A stretch of 64,000 nt of DNA, from contig NW_005434673.1 in assembly GCF_000315625.1 (NCBI RefSeq), forward strand, positions 529,792-593,791, given 5' to 3'. A model generated the notes under the pieces. That model had not been told where the DNA came from. It searched no databases and was given only the letters and a program-made list of their open reading frames with translations. Positions 46,808 through 59,008 of this stretch are shown here, piece by piece. Within the stretch, counting starts at the first letter, position 1, and each line of letters opens with the position of its first letter. The stretch comes from Guillardia theta CCMP2712. Its lineage: Eukaryota; Protista; Cryptophyta. Made by a program: the position numbers and the translations under genes.

Positions 46808-48647
46808 TTAAGCTGCCAACGCCTTCACTATGCTTGCAATGTATGTATGTCCGAGCGCTCCCTGCGCTCCCTGAGCTCCCTGAGCCCCATGAGCTCCTCC
46901 GCTTGAGCCCACGGCACCGGGAGGGCCTGGACTTCCAGGCGCACCAGAAGCTCCTGCACCAGCATCAGGTCAGCGTCTGACGGCACGTGAAGTATCTCGA
47001 TCAGCACCTCCTGGTCCATCCACTCCTCTTGCTCCAGCTGTTCCAGGCTGTCCAGGAGAGCCCGTTACACCAGTGGCTCCGGCTGTTCCGATAATTCCCA
47101 TAGGACCTGACGCAGAAGCGTGAGAACCGACGAACATCGGGGAATGCAAGTCATTTACCCGACAATCCGTTGTTGCCCTGGATTCCGACAGTTCCTGCAC
47201 AGTCAAAAGCATGAGGGGGAGCAAGCACTCGCCAGCAAGGGCTGGTTCCAACCGACCTGCTACACCCGGGGGACCTGGCATTCCATGTTCGCCAACGATA
47301 CCGTCCATACCTGTTGAAGTAGACCATCACTACAGGGCTACTCCCCTCTCTCAGCGAATAACCTCTCTGCCCGGGCATGCCTGGGATCCCTCTTCTTCCA
47401 GGAATTCCTTGTATTCCTGGCTGACCCGGATATCTATTAAAGGGTTGTCATTGTCACGGACAGTGGTGAGGTACTGGAGCTCACCCCATATTTCCACGGG
47501 GTCCACGCAGACCCACATGACCCTCTTTGCCGGGAGGCCCTCGCAGCCCGGGCATGCCTGAGGGACCCTGGAAGCCCATCGGGCCCTGATCATGGCTGTC
47601 ATTCACCGGACCGATGCTGGGGGTAGGGGGGGATGTACCATGTGGCCTTCTGGTCCTCGTGGGCCGATCACAGTCTTTCCTGCCGGTCCGCGATGTCCAC
47701 GAGCTCCTGTGGGCCCCTTCCTGCCCCGCTGCCAACCGAACAATCACAATCCGCCATGCGGCACCGCGACCACTCCTCACCCTGCCCTCCAGCCCGGGGA
47801 CGCCAGAGATTCCTTGCGGACCTGGAAGCGAGAGGTCAGGCAAGCCGGTCGGATCCCTCTCCCACTGCCAACACCTGCTCTCCCATCCCTTCAAAGGAAA
47901 GCAAGTCAGTCACTCAATCTTCCAACAAGATTCGAAGGAGCTACATACCTTCCTGGGGGACCCTGCGGCCCCTGGGGCCCGATCTCTCCACTCATTCCCA
48001 TCTGTCCTCTCCTCCCTGACAGAGGGTAAGCAAGCCTTCATCAGCTTCGCTGTCATTACCTTCAAGTCCTTGCCGCCCTTGCTTTCCTTCGTAACCTACC
48101 GGGCCCATAGGCCCTCTGGCCCCAATCACCCCAAAATTGCCCTGTCACATCTTTCAGTGCGGAACACAAGCAGGAGGATCTTGCACCCTTGCACCCTGGT
48201 AGCCTGGCAGACCCCGAGGACCGACGGGACCTGTGCGAGCGCACGAATAACGTTTGAGTGAGAGGTGGCCAGGCAAACTGCGAACAAGACCAAACCTGGA
48301 GTCTTCAAAAACCTCTCAGCATTCTCCTCCGCACCATCCACCTCGCGGCTGATGTCTGTCAAGGTCCCTAGACTGAGCTTCTCCTTCTTTGCCTTCTTCG
48401 CAACCGCTTCCTGCCAGTCGGACGCGCTCTCCTTCAGAGCCTCCAGGTTTCCCTTGAGCTTCTCCACAAGGTCCCTCAGCTTCTGGACATCGCCGCCGGG
48501 GTATTCTTGTGGCGCGTCCGACAGGAACGAGGCGCTGTCCTCGCTCCTCAGATCCGACATGGCGACCAGGCACACCATCGCCGCCACCACGAGGGCCGCG
48601 GACATCGCCGGCAGCCTCCACCCGCCTCGCTCCCTCCCCTTCGCCAT
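46808..48647 (-). CDS. Type II membrane collagen-like protein B, paralog of A, multi-exon
   Basis: TM AALVVAAMVCLVAM; coiled coil VQKLRDLVEKLKGNLEALKE; [33 protein letters not shown].../[22 protein letters not shown]... Confidence 0.85.
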
Positions 48648-48796
48648 GGATGCGAAAGGACACGCAGGGGGCAGCGAAAGCCCAATAGGAACAGTCCGAT
48701 CTAGGCGAAGCTTGCTGCCCTCGCTATAAGTGTTTTATATCATAAAACCTTTTTATGGGTAAAACATTCCTTCTTCGCCCTTATTCCCCCGCAGGC

Positions 48797-49510
48797 ATGG
48801 GCGGGGAGGAGGAGCAGGGGAGGCCGGGGTGCATGGACCGCACGTTCGCCAGAGGCTTCTTCATCCGATGCACCTCCATCTTCGGCATCATCATCAACTA
48901 CCTGCTCTTCGTCATGGGGTTCGTCATCACTGCCTACGGCCTGCGCCTTGGCAGCCAGGAGCGGGAGCAGATGACTTTCCTCTCGCAGCAGTCTCAGAAT
49001 GCAACGCTGCAGGAGGAGCTCTTCAACTCCATCAACAACCTGTCAGGACTCACTGTCGGTCTCGCCGTGATAGGCATCCTCTCCATCTTCGTGGCGACCC
49101 TGGGCATGTGCGGGTCCGTGAGAGGCTCCAGCAGCTGCCTGCAGTGCTATTCGGTGGTGCTGGTGATCATGCTTGTGTCTCAAGCTGCGATTGTTGGCCT
49201 GCTCTCTACTCGTGTCGCTGATCTTGATCAGTCTGCCAAGGAGGTCATCAAGTCCAGCGCAGCAGCCAGGAACCTGGTGAAGCAGAGCGGGCAGCAGGCC
49301 CTGTACTTTGGGGTCCTCGCCTTCGGGGTAGAGTTCGTGGGGTTCATCTTTGCGCTGCTGGCCCGAGCGGCGCTGAATCGGAAGAAGCGGGAGGAGGAGT
49401 GGAACATGGACCTGGGAGAGCTAAAGTCGATCGGAGACATCAGGTCCAACGTAAGCGACCACTTCAAGAAGTCCAAGCACAAGAGCAACGCCATCCGCCT
49501 CGAGGACTGA
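48797..49510 (+). CDS. Tetraspanin-like four-TM protein, intronless
   Basis: Four hydrophobic segments. TM2-TM3 LGMCGSVRGSSSCLQCYSVVLVIMLVSQ matches the tetraspanin GCCGA.RES.CLL..Y signature; polar Q/E in TM3/TM4. Short EC2 without CCG. Confidence 0.75.
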   Translation: MGGEEEQGRPGCMDRTFARGFFIRCTSIFGIIINYLLFVMGFVITAYGLRLGSQEREQMTFLSQQSQNATLQEELFNSINNLSGLTVGLAVIGILSIFVATLGMCGSVRGSSSCLQCYSVVLVIMLVSQAAIVGLLSTRVADLDQSAKEVIKSSAAARNLVKQSGQQALYFGVLAFGVEFVGFIFALLARAALNRKKREEEWNMDLGELKSIGDIRSNVSDHFKKSKHKSNAIRLED

Positions 49511-49750
49511 TCTTTCTTGCATTGTAAATAGAACACACGGTAGCTCTGAGTCATAGCTCCTTGTCAGAAGCTCCCTGCTCCAGTCGATCTCGCAGTCCTG
49601 CTCTGACGCAGGGCAGAAAATTATGCGCCCACGTGTCTCGAACTTCGTTCGAATCCCACCTGAGCGATGCGTGAGAGCAGGGGAGAAAACAACACGCGAG
49701 AGAAAACACAAGGAGATAGCGGAAGGGGATGAGAGGAGGAGATGGCGGCA

Positions 49751-51179
49751 TCACTTTGAAATCCATTCCATCTGAGATAGCTCTGTCGAAGGGTAGATAT
49801 CCTCGTTGTCGAAGTCGTTTAACCTGAAACTGAGGCAGAGCATCAACGCGATTTCAAGTTCATTCATGTTGGATCCATACATTGAGTCTCGCTCAAAGCG
49901 GTGAAAGGCATGCTCTCTCGACTTCGTCCGATAATGATGGATCCTGAGAATGTCAACGGACGCTGGTCTGCTGACTGACGGCGGCTCCCCCGAGGAATGG
50001 TTGAAGAATACCTCCTGTTTCTTCTCGTTCACGGCAGGTTCATCATTCTTGTATCTACATGCCGACTCGTCAGAGACATCCAACCAGCGGGCCTCGCAGG
50101 CCATCACCTGTGATTATGCCCTCCAGCCACTTGTACTCTATCTGGTTGAGCTATGCTCTTGACGACCTCAGATGGCTGGTGCAGCTGCGATCAGAAGGTT
50201 CCAGCGCAGTGCTCAGCGCTACCTCTTCTGCTCTCCAGATGTAGTTCTCCAGCACGAGCCCCTGGCAGTATTCGTCACAGCGCAACACCCACATCTGACG
50301 GTGGGTAGGCAGACCGGAGGATTCTTGGTGTGGTTCGAAGATCCGAAGGTCAGCCAGTTTACCAGGACTGACAACACCATGTCACACCGACTAGCGTCCA
50401 AGATGAGAAGAGCGATACCAGCGGGATGGCTCTCGTATGACGTCAAGGCTGCTCGAAGCGGAAACGCTCCCGGCTGTTCCTGCCCCTGGGAGGGCGGAGA
50501 CGGCATCAAGAACTCGTCGATGTCGATGAACGCCATCCATCTGCAGCCTTGAGTTGGAACTCGCAGAGGTTGCTCTGGGCGACCACATCACTCACCTGGA
50601 TCGGTGCCCATGATCATCCATGCACCTGCATCACACATCCATCAGGTCGAGGGTTGCCGCTGGTGGGGACGCATCGACCTCTGATAGGTCGGAACTTGGC
50701 AATGGACGTCGCAGACGGCATCATCCAATGTTACGATACCTGGTTTTGAGAGTTATCCGTCGCCATGTTCAACATGCCCGGACCTCGGCGGATGTAAGGT
50801 CCCAGCAATTCATCAATCTTCTCATCTGCAAACATGAAATGCGGTCAACCAATGCAAGGATATTGTCCAGATCACTTTTGGAGTGATGGTTGTACAAGAA
50901 GAAGTGCTCGACACCCATACATAGATGGAACTCGAGCCATTCTAGGAGGTACTCGTCCTGTCGTCCTGGTCAAAACCTCCACCACTGTACGAGTCTGCAA
51001 TCCCGCGTCACCTCGTCCCGGAAGACAGCCGCCGCAGAGAGGTAGAACTCTTTGTTATGTCTTCTCGCTCCTGGTATCTCATCGTTGGAGTAGCTGCTGC
51101 TGTTATCCTCTTGGTTTGAGTCCGAGCAGCACACCATCATCAACACCGCTCCCACCATCGCCCTCGCCCCCGCCTTCAT
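49751..51179 (-). CDS. GT-A fold glycosyltransferase, GT92/DUF23-like, multi-exon
   Basis: Hydrophobic N-terminus; YLSAAAVFRDE; EHFFLYNHHS; WMAFIDIDEFL (DxD); VNWLTFGSS; LRIHHYRTKSRE. Confidence 0.8.
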
Positions 51180-51920
51180 TCCTGCAAAGTTTGCGGAGCG
51201 AGTGTAGATTTGAAAACCAAATTCGATACATTAGTTTATATTTGAAAATTACTACAGAAAGTTTACTGATACTTTACAAGTGAACCAGAAGTGAACCAGC
51301 ATCGTAATGCCTGGGGCGGGCCAGCAATTGGTAACCGGCTTTACCACCCACCCCACGACGACTACCCTACCTGAGTTCCTGCACCCCCTTTACCACCCTA
51401 CGTTATACCACTCATTACCCGCTTCATACCCATCTTTGTTATAACCCCCCACCTCCCAAAAGTTTTCTATTCTGACCACCACGTATGGCTGGGGTTCGAA
51501 CTTGACCACGGGGGTCATCCATGTAGGGGTGAAATTTGAGTGCCAAGTACGGGTCTTTGCCAAAGCTACCCTTCTGGGTTGAGGTGGGGGTACCCCTTAG
51601 CATGAAGAGACAATTAAAAGTAGGGTGGGAGTGCATTGGTGGGAGGGTAGGTGGTTCCATTTATGGTGTATAGTGGGTAGTCAACTAATGTTGTGGTGCT
51701 AAAGGAGGGGGTGATGCTGTGGAGTGCAGGGTTGAGCGACGATGGGAGTTAATTTTTGGGGGTGGGGGTGATCCTTTTAATATTCGCTGGGGTGGGTACA
51801 CAAGTCTTGTCTGATGGGGGTGGGTGTTCTATAAGCACTTGTTCACGAGGGGGTGGGTGGGTATTGGTGGGGTGAGAATGTGTTTTGTCGGAGGGTGGGG
51901 TAGTGTAGTAGGGTGGAGAT

Positions 51921-54128
51921 ATGGAGGGCGAGGCGGTGGAGGCGGTAGCAATGCACCTGCCGCTGGAGGTCCTTCTACGATGTCAGTCCGTGTGTGTGAA
52001 CTGGAAGGTCACGATAGAGAATGCTGGTTACCTGTGGAAGCATGTCGTCCTGTCCAGAGACTTGCGGCCCAGGCTACATCCTGTTGCGCTGCAGAAGATT
52101 GTGCGATGCGCCCAGGGTAGGTTGCAGGAACTAGACCTGAGAGGGTGTGCAAAGGTAGATTGCTCGCAGCTTTATGAGGATGTGGAATGTCTTGGAGAGT
52201 ATGTTGAGATCATACGGCTGAACAGGGAGGATCATTCCAAAAGCTTGCCCCCTGCTCTGAGCGCTTGCGGCGGATTTCCACATCTTCGCGTGTTGGATCT
52301 TTCCTGGTGCCCTGGAGTGGACGATGAGCTGATCGCAAGCATCTGCGCTACCTCTTGCACGAGCTCCATACAAGAGTTGCTGCTACGAGGCTGTCTTGTC
52401 AGCGACCAGGGGGTAATGAATGCTGCAAGGTCGTGCAAACAGCTGAGGGTGCTTGACATTGGGGCATGGCCATACTCGAGGTTGAGAGGGGTGAGATCCG
52501 TCACTGACGTCAGCCTCTTCTTCATCGCTCAGTGCGCAGCTTTCAGGAGTGAAGATTTCTTGCTGGAAAATCTGTGCATCGCTGGTAGACGAGGGACAAC
52601 AGACGAGGGGTTGGACGCTGTCATCGAGTACTTGCCGTTCCTGAAGAGGGTAGATGTTCGATCCTGCTCATCCATCACGCAGCCTTCTCAGCCAGCTGAC
52701 GCCGAGGTGACTGGGGAGCCCTCGGACAATGTCGTGTGGAGGACGGGAAGGAACAACAACCGGGTCGAGCTGATCACAGACTCGTATCCCTCGGGGACGA
52801 TGACACCTGACAACTACGCCGAGGAGTATGGGGTGTTGGAAGGATGGAGTGACCTGCAGACAGCATCAGGCCTGTGGCGTCTGCTCCAAAGTGTGACGGC
52901 TGTGCGGACTGCAGCTGAGATGCAAGCTCGCTCCACGGCTGAAGCCCAGGCGGCGGACATGCTGGCCGAGGCTGCAGAAGTCCTGAGCAGGGCGTCTGAG
53001 ATCTACTCTCAAGCCAACGAGATGCAGCAGCAAGCGTCTGAAATCCTATCAAGAGTTACTGAGGTACAGATGCAAGTCTCTGTCATGCATGGTCAGGCTC
53101 AGGATCAAGGAAACGCGGCAGCCCTCGCTCAGGCAGCGCAAATGCAGGCTCAGGTTGCTCAGATGCAAGTGCATGCCGCTCAGATGCAAGTGCATGCCGC
53201 TCAGATGCAGATCAGAGCAACCGAGATGCAAGGTCAGGCTACTGAGATGCAGGCAAGCGCACTCAACATCCGTGCTCAAGCTGCGAGCCTCTCTTTCTCT
53301 GATTTCGCACACAACACGTTGCACTCTATTCTACGGGGAAGGTTTCAGATGCAAGTGGCGTACAACGATGAAGCGAGTGGGGAAGAGAGGACGAGCCGTT
53401 CCAATGACGAGAATGAAGAGGCCGGGGCGAGCATTACCGAGGTGCCGACGAGAGAGGAGAGCTCACCAGCTTCATCCGCCACTGAGAACCTTGCGGGGCA
53501 AGTTGAAGACGTAAAAGAGATTTCCAGTGAAACAAGGCAAGACGGAGGATACGCTGCTACCAGTGCTGCTGCTGCTGCTGCTGCTGCTGCTTCAAGCTCT
53601 GGACCAGAAGAGGAAACAACAGAGCGATACCCTTCATGGGCCCAGTCCCGTCTTGAAGCCGTCCGAGCAGAAACTCTGCGACTGACGGAGGCCGTTCGAA
53701 GCCTGACAGCAGAGGCCGAGAGAGTTCGCATGCAGCAGGGCAACAGGTCCTCCTCCCTCTCTTACCGGGCTGAGAACGTCGCGAGGAGAGCTGAAGAGAC
53801 TCTCCGACTAGCACAGGCAGCTCGCAGCTTGAGTGCCGACATTAACAGAGTTACATCTGCAGCCATGACGACCTCCCCTGCTCATGACGAGCAGCCGGCA
53901 GGAGACGAAGATGCTCCAGCGCATCAAGCAACCTTGACAGCATCTGACGAGGAGGCTGATGAGCGGGAGAGCCGGGCGGGAGAGCCGAACTTGAGTCTTG
54001 AGGGAGAAGTCAGCCAGGCTGAGAGCACTCGCTTGGGCATGGAGGACAACGAAGCTGCTGAGAGCAGGACTCATCATGTGATGCTTTGGTTGTTGTCTAT
54101 GATTTTCTATCTGAACGAATTTGGATAA
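51921..54128 (+). CDS. F-box/LRR (FBXL-like) protein with Q/A/M-rich coiled coil and acidic tail
   Basis: F-box HLPLEVLLRCQSVCVNWK; LRRs LQELDLRGC, LRVLDLSWC, IQELLLRGC, LRVLDI, LKRVDVRSC; 735-aa uninterrupted ORF. Confidence 0.88.
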   Translation: MEGEAVEAVAMHLPLEVLLRCQSVCVNWKVTIENAGYLWKHVVLSRDLRPRLHPVALQKIVRCAQGRLQELDLRGCAKVDCSQLYEDVECLGEYVEIIRLNREDHSKSLPPALSACGGFPHLRVLDLSWCPGVDDELIASICATSCTSSIQELLLRGCLVSDQGVMNAARSCKQLRVLDIGAWPYSRLRGVRSVTDVSLFFIAQCAAFRSEDFLLENLCIAGRRGTTDEGLDAVIEYLPFLKRVDVRSCSSITQPSQPADAEVTGEPSDNVVWRTGRNNNRVELITDSYPSGTMTPDNYAEEYGVLEGWSDLQTASGLWRLLQSVTAVRTAAEMQARSTAEAQAADMLAEAAEVLSRASEIYSQANEMQQQASEILSRVTEVQMQVSVMHGQAQDQGNAAALAQAAQMQAQVAQMQVHAAQMQVHAAQMQIRATEMQGQATEMQASALNIRAQAASLSFSDFAHNTLHSILRGRFQMQVAYNDEASGEERTSRSNDENEEAGASITEVPTREESSPASSATENLAGQVEDVKEISSETRQDGGYAATSAAAAAAAAASSSGPEEETTERYPSWAQSRLEAVRAETLRLTEAVRSLTAEAERVRMQQGNRSSSLSYRAENVARRAEETLRLAQAARSLSADINRVTSAAMTTSPAHDEQPAGDEDAPAHQATLTASDEEADERESRAGEPNLSLEGEVSQAESTRLGMEDNEAAESRTHHVMLWLLSMIFYLNEFG

Positions 54129-54408
54129 TCAGCGGCCAACACTGTACCCAAACGCCCCTGAAGCACAGAGCGACCAGCAAGTGAGGGCCGCGGTAGCTCG
54201 TGACGTGACGACTGGCTGTCATGCCGATATAGATGCCCGATTGTGATGAACGATCCTAGAGACAAGTTTCTTTTCTTCTTCCCTGCTGTTTGCTCCTCCC
54301 TACCCGCTCAGGCTGTTGCCGCTGTGTTGTGTGCCTGTGTCATGCTCTTTTCATTTGCGGTTGAAACCTCCTTTGGCAGATGGTACAGACTGCAGGAGAG
54401 ACAGCAAC

Positions 54409-54745
54409 GATGGAGGAAGGCGACCTACATGGCGAGATCGAGAGGAGGAGGGAGGCAGCCGAGTCGGTCGCAGCAGTGGAAGCAAGGTGAAGCTTTTCTT
54501 CCCTTCTCCTGCCTTCTCCTTTGCTCCCCTCTGTCTCCTCCTCCCTCCTCCTCGTTGCCTGCCCCCTCTTTGACTCGATGAGCAGATTGCATGCGGTGCG
54601 GCAAGAGCAGCAGCGGCTGACCCGAACAGTAAGCCTGACAAGCTCTTGCTTACGAGAAGAATGACGAGTCTTGTTCAACCAGGTGGTCGATCTTCGGCAG
54701 AGAATAGAGCGACTAAGAGACACATCGGGAACCTCTGAGGAGTGA
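54409..54745 (+). CDS. Small spliced coiled-coil segment (own gene or 3' exons of the F-box gene)
   Basis: MEEGDLHGEIERRREAAESVAAVEAR/LHAVRQEQQRLTRT/VVDLRQRIERLRDTSGTSEE* with GT-AG introns. Confidence 0.35.
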
Positions 54746-54854
54746 AGAGGAGGATACATCCTAGCTACCTGACGACCTCTTCTCTTCCTTCCCCTCCACC
54801 TGCTTCTCATCTTCGACTTGTTATATTTGACTTAGTGATATCTTTACGTTGCGT

Positions 54855-57800
54855 TCAGTAGTCAATTTCATTCTCCGCCTCCTCACCTTTCATGACCACA
54901 TGGATCGGCTCGAGGCCAGCCTGGCGCGGAGCAGCACGGGGCTCGAGGGGATTTGCAGCCAAGCTTGATTGTCGGGATGATCGAGCGGGTTGAACCAGCA
55001 GTCCTTGACCTGATTCACCACCTGCAGGCGGTTCAGCTGGAGACGGGAGGAGAGGGAGGGAGGGACAAGAAGGGGAATGTGAAGGGGGAGGGGGGGAGGG
55101 AGGGAGATGTACATGATTCTGTGTGCTATCCTCGCTTAGTCTCCATCTGTTCAAGTCAAAATCACCAGCAGCTTCAGACGCAGCTGAGGGAGCAGGGGGC
55201 GGCAGTAGGGGAGCAAGGGATACAAGGAAGGAAGGGATGGAGGGTTACAAGCAGTGCTTGCGCAAGTTGGCTTGAATGATGCCCAGGAAAGTTTGTCGGG
55301 TTGTCTCGTCGCAGTCCAAGTTCATATGGCTGATCCTTGTGCGAGGAAGCAGACGAGCAAGAAAAACCTGACAGCTCTTGAGTCAGGCAGCTCAACCCTC
55401 CTGCTCTCTTCTGCTTTCTCCCACTCCCTTCCCTTCCCCTCGCACTCTCCCTCCCCACTCCCCTCCACCACTCGATCCCGTTCCTTCCTCCCGCTCCCTC
55501 CCTCCTTCTTTGTCCCTCCGCTTCCTCCTCTCCTGCCCTATCCCTGCAGTCTCACCAGCTGCTTGTCGGTGAATGCGACTCCTCTGAGCTGCAGGCACCA
55601 CAAGCTTTGAACGTTCCGAACGACTTGAAGGAAACTGAGAGAAACAAAGTGAGAGGAGAGGAACAATAGGAGGAGGAGGAGCGTGGAGAGGAGGACCACC
55701 ATGGGGAGCAGAGAGAGGACGATAGGAAGGAGGGGAAGGAGAAGGAGAAGGAGAAGGAGGAACACGAATCGCTGGAGGTCAGAGGATGGAGATCTGTAAC
55801 GCACATCCTCCATGCTTGATCGCTGACCCCGACACAGCAGACGTGAGAAAGAACGAGGACCTGCACAGGCAGCTGCTCCCTCAAGCTGCCAGCCCGTCAG
55901 CTGCACACGGGCAAGACGCAGCCCTCACAGTCTCTCAAGGACGTAGCATGTCTCTTGCGGCTCTACAGGGTCCTCAACCATCCTCGTCATGTTGAGCAGG
56001 ATGCAGCCTGCTGCTGCTCCCCTCCCTCCCCTCCCTCCCCTCCCTCCCCTCCCTCCTCTTCCTCCGCCTCCCTCCCTGCCGCATCCTCGTCACCGTCTCG
56101 TCAAGCTCACAAGTCGCTACCTCATCCACTGGTCGAACCTCCTCGCACAGTCCCGCAGCCTCCTCTGCTCAACCCCTGCTCCCTGCCGCCTCTCCTGGCT
56201 GGTTCCCATCGCCTACCGAGTAGTCACTGGGAGAGGAGAAAGGAACAGCGACTGCAGCGGCAGAGAGGAAGGAGGAAGGCGAGGAGTGCTTACCGACGGC
56301 GGAGCTCGGAGAAACGAGGAGGGAGCAATGCTTTCTCGACGTGGAGGAGCTTGAGGACGCAGGGTCGAGCTGGGCCGGGAAACTGCGACGAAGGGGAGAT
56401 GAGAGGAGGAGAGAGCAGGGAGAGAAGGCAGGTGGGAGGGGGCGGGTGGGGGGGCAGAATGCCAGGATGCTGGAGGAAAGGGGAGAAGCGAGAGAAAAGA
56501 CCTGGCTGCCGATCTCGCATGGCGGAGGAAGGGTGCAGGTTCTGACGATTGGAAGGACGAGGAGTCGCAGCGGAAGTTGTGACTTGCGTTCTTGGCCTGA
56601 CCTCCTCCTTTCCCCTCTTCCACCTCTCTTCCTCACTCTCCTCCTTCACTCGACCCTCCTCGCTCTCCCCCTCCTCCTCGCTGTCCCGCCCATGGTGCGA
56701 ATCCCCTCCCAGCAGAGCTCTGCTTCCTGACAGAATGACTACATCGTCTGCTCCTGCATGCCCATCAGGTAAAGTTGAAGAGGTGTCCCCCGCCATCCCC
56801 TGCTGCTCCTCCTGGTCCTCCTGCTCCCATCGTACTTCCTTTTCATGTTCCCCAAAGAGCAGGAGCGAGTCCTGCGATCCTTCATACCAGGAGGCAGTCT
56901 CCGAGTCGTCGGACAAAGAAGGCTCCTCAACGACCTGCCTGCCCACCGACCGCCCCTCCTCCTCCTCCTCCTCCTCCCTCGCATTTCTCTGCCGAATGCT
57001 CCGTGGTGGGGCAAGGGGGGAAGAGACGAACGCGAGGGGAGAGGTCATCTGGATGGTCGGGCTGAGAGGCGAGGAGGCCAAGCAGGGCGGCGGCAAACGA
57101 GGAGAGGAGGAGGAGGAGTAGAAGGAGGAGAAGGAGGAGAAGGAGGCGATAGGGGTGGAGCAAGAGCAGGGGGAGGGGGAGCAGGACAGGGGGAAGCGAA
57201 GGATTAAAAAGAGTGAGCGAGTAGCTGATGGCCATCAGATAATTTCACCGAATCTTCCAGCGCGACATTCGAAGACAGAGATGCGACCAGAGAGCAGCCA
57301 CCACCTGACACGTGCATCACGAGGAATTCCTCCTCCTCCTCCTCNNNNNNNNNNNNNNNNNNNNNNNNNNNNNNNNNNNNNNNNNNNNNNNNNNNNNNNN
57401 NNNNNNNNNNNNNNNNNNNNNNNNNNNNNNNNNNNNNNNNNNNNCCTCCTCCTCCTCCTCCTCCTCTCCTCCTCTCCCCCCCCCCCCCCCCCCCCCCCCC
57501 TCTCTCTCTCTCTCTCTTCCCCGATTTCCCCTCCCTCATATCGTGTCACCTTGCTCCTTATCATCTCGCAAGCCCTCACGTAGGTGTCAAGGCTGAACTT
57601 CCCTCCTCTGCTGCCTCGTCATGCGCAAGACGACAAGTCAGAGCTCACAGGCTGGGTATGCAGACGAGAATCTCGTCGGAGAAGACGAAGAAATGTTCGG
57701 GGTCGAGGGCGGCGAGGATACTCGACATGATAAGAAGACATCCTGAACATCGTCATCTTCGTCGTTGCATCGTCGTCGTCATCGTCATGATCTCCATCAT

Positions 57801-58715
57801 CGTCATCGTCATCGTCATCACCAACAACGTCTCCATCTCCATCTCCATCTTCATCTTCACCGCACCATTTTTCTCCAGCTGATCGTGATGAAACATGTGC
57901 TCGTCGTCCTTCCATCGCGTCAGTCCGACCATCTTCTCATCCTGTCGCCTCACCCAACTCGCTTGCCACAGCAGCGAAACGTTCGCGTACGAAGAGTTGA
58001 AATCACCTGCCGCCTCCTGGTCAGATCTCATCGCGCCAGCACCTCGACGCTGCGCCAAGAGGGAAGAGAGGAAGAGAGGAAGAGAGGGGCGATGTTGCGG
58101 AGGAAGCAAGAGAGAGGAGGGAACGGAGGGGGCGGAGGGAGACGGGTAAAGAGGAGGGAGAGAGAGGGAGGAGAGAGACAAGGAGCAGTGATACGGCGGC
58201 GGAGTTGGTCGAGAGGGATCTGAGGGAGGCATCGAAACCTTTCAGCGCCCGGTGAAGAGCAAAGAAAGTAGATTGCTGGATGATCTTGGAAGGAGCTGAC
58301 TTGGCGAAACTCATCGGGATGATCTGAAGACAAGGGAAGGAGGAGGTCACAATGCTCTCAGACGTGCTCATGAAACAGCAAGAGAGCAGGAGCACAGGCG
58401 TCGAGAGAACAGAGAGAAGCGGGGTAGACAGGTTGAAAAAAGACACAAGGACGAGAAAGATCAGAAGGAAGAGGAGGAGTAGAACCAGGACGAGGAGGAC
58501 GAGGAGACGCATCAGCAGTTTCGTCGCATCTCTTACCCCAGCAAAGAAACCTCGAGTGTACCACCACTCGTCTAGTTTCATGACCTCCGACTTGGTCAGC
58601 CTGCGCAAATTCACAAGACGAAGAGAAAACAACGATGAACGGGGACGAGGATGAGCAGCTTGACACAAAAGAGAGAGAAAAGATATGGATGAGGAGCAGG
58701 AGCAGGAGCAGGAAG

Positions 58716-58768
<53 letters not shown>

Positions 58769-58874
58769 AAGGGAGACAAGCCTTGGGGGTCGACGTGAGG
58801 CAGAGTTTCTTGGAAGAGTGACATGAAACCATTCATCAAGCTCTAACACCTTTTGAGAAAAGTGACCAGCTTGC

Positions 58875-58905
<31 letters not shown>

Positions 58906-58974
58906 GTCATCGTCGTCATCATCATCATCATCATCATCACCACCACCACCACCACCACCACCACCACCACCACC

Positions 58975-59008
<34 letters not shown>

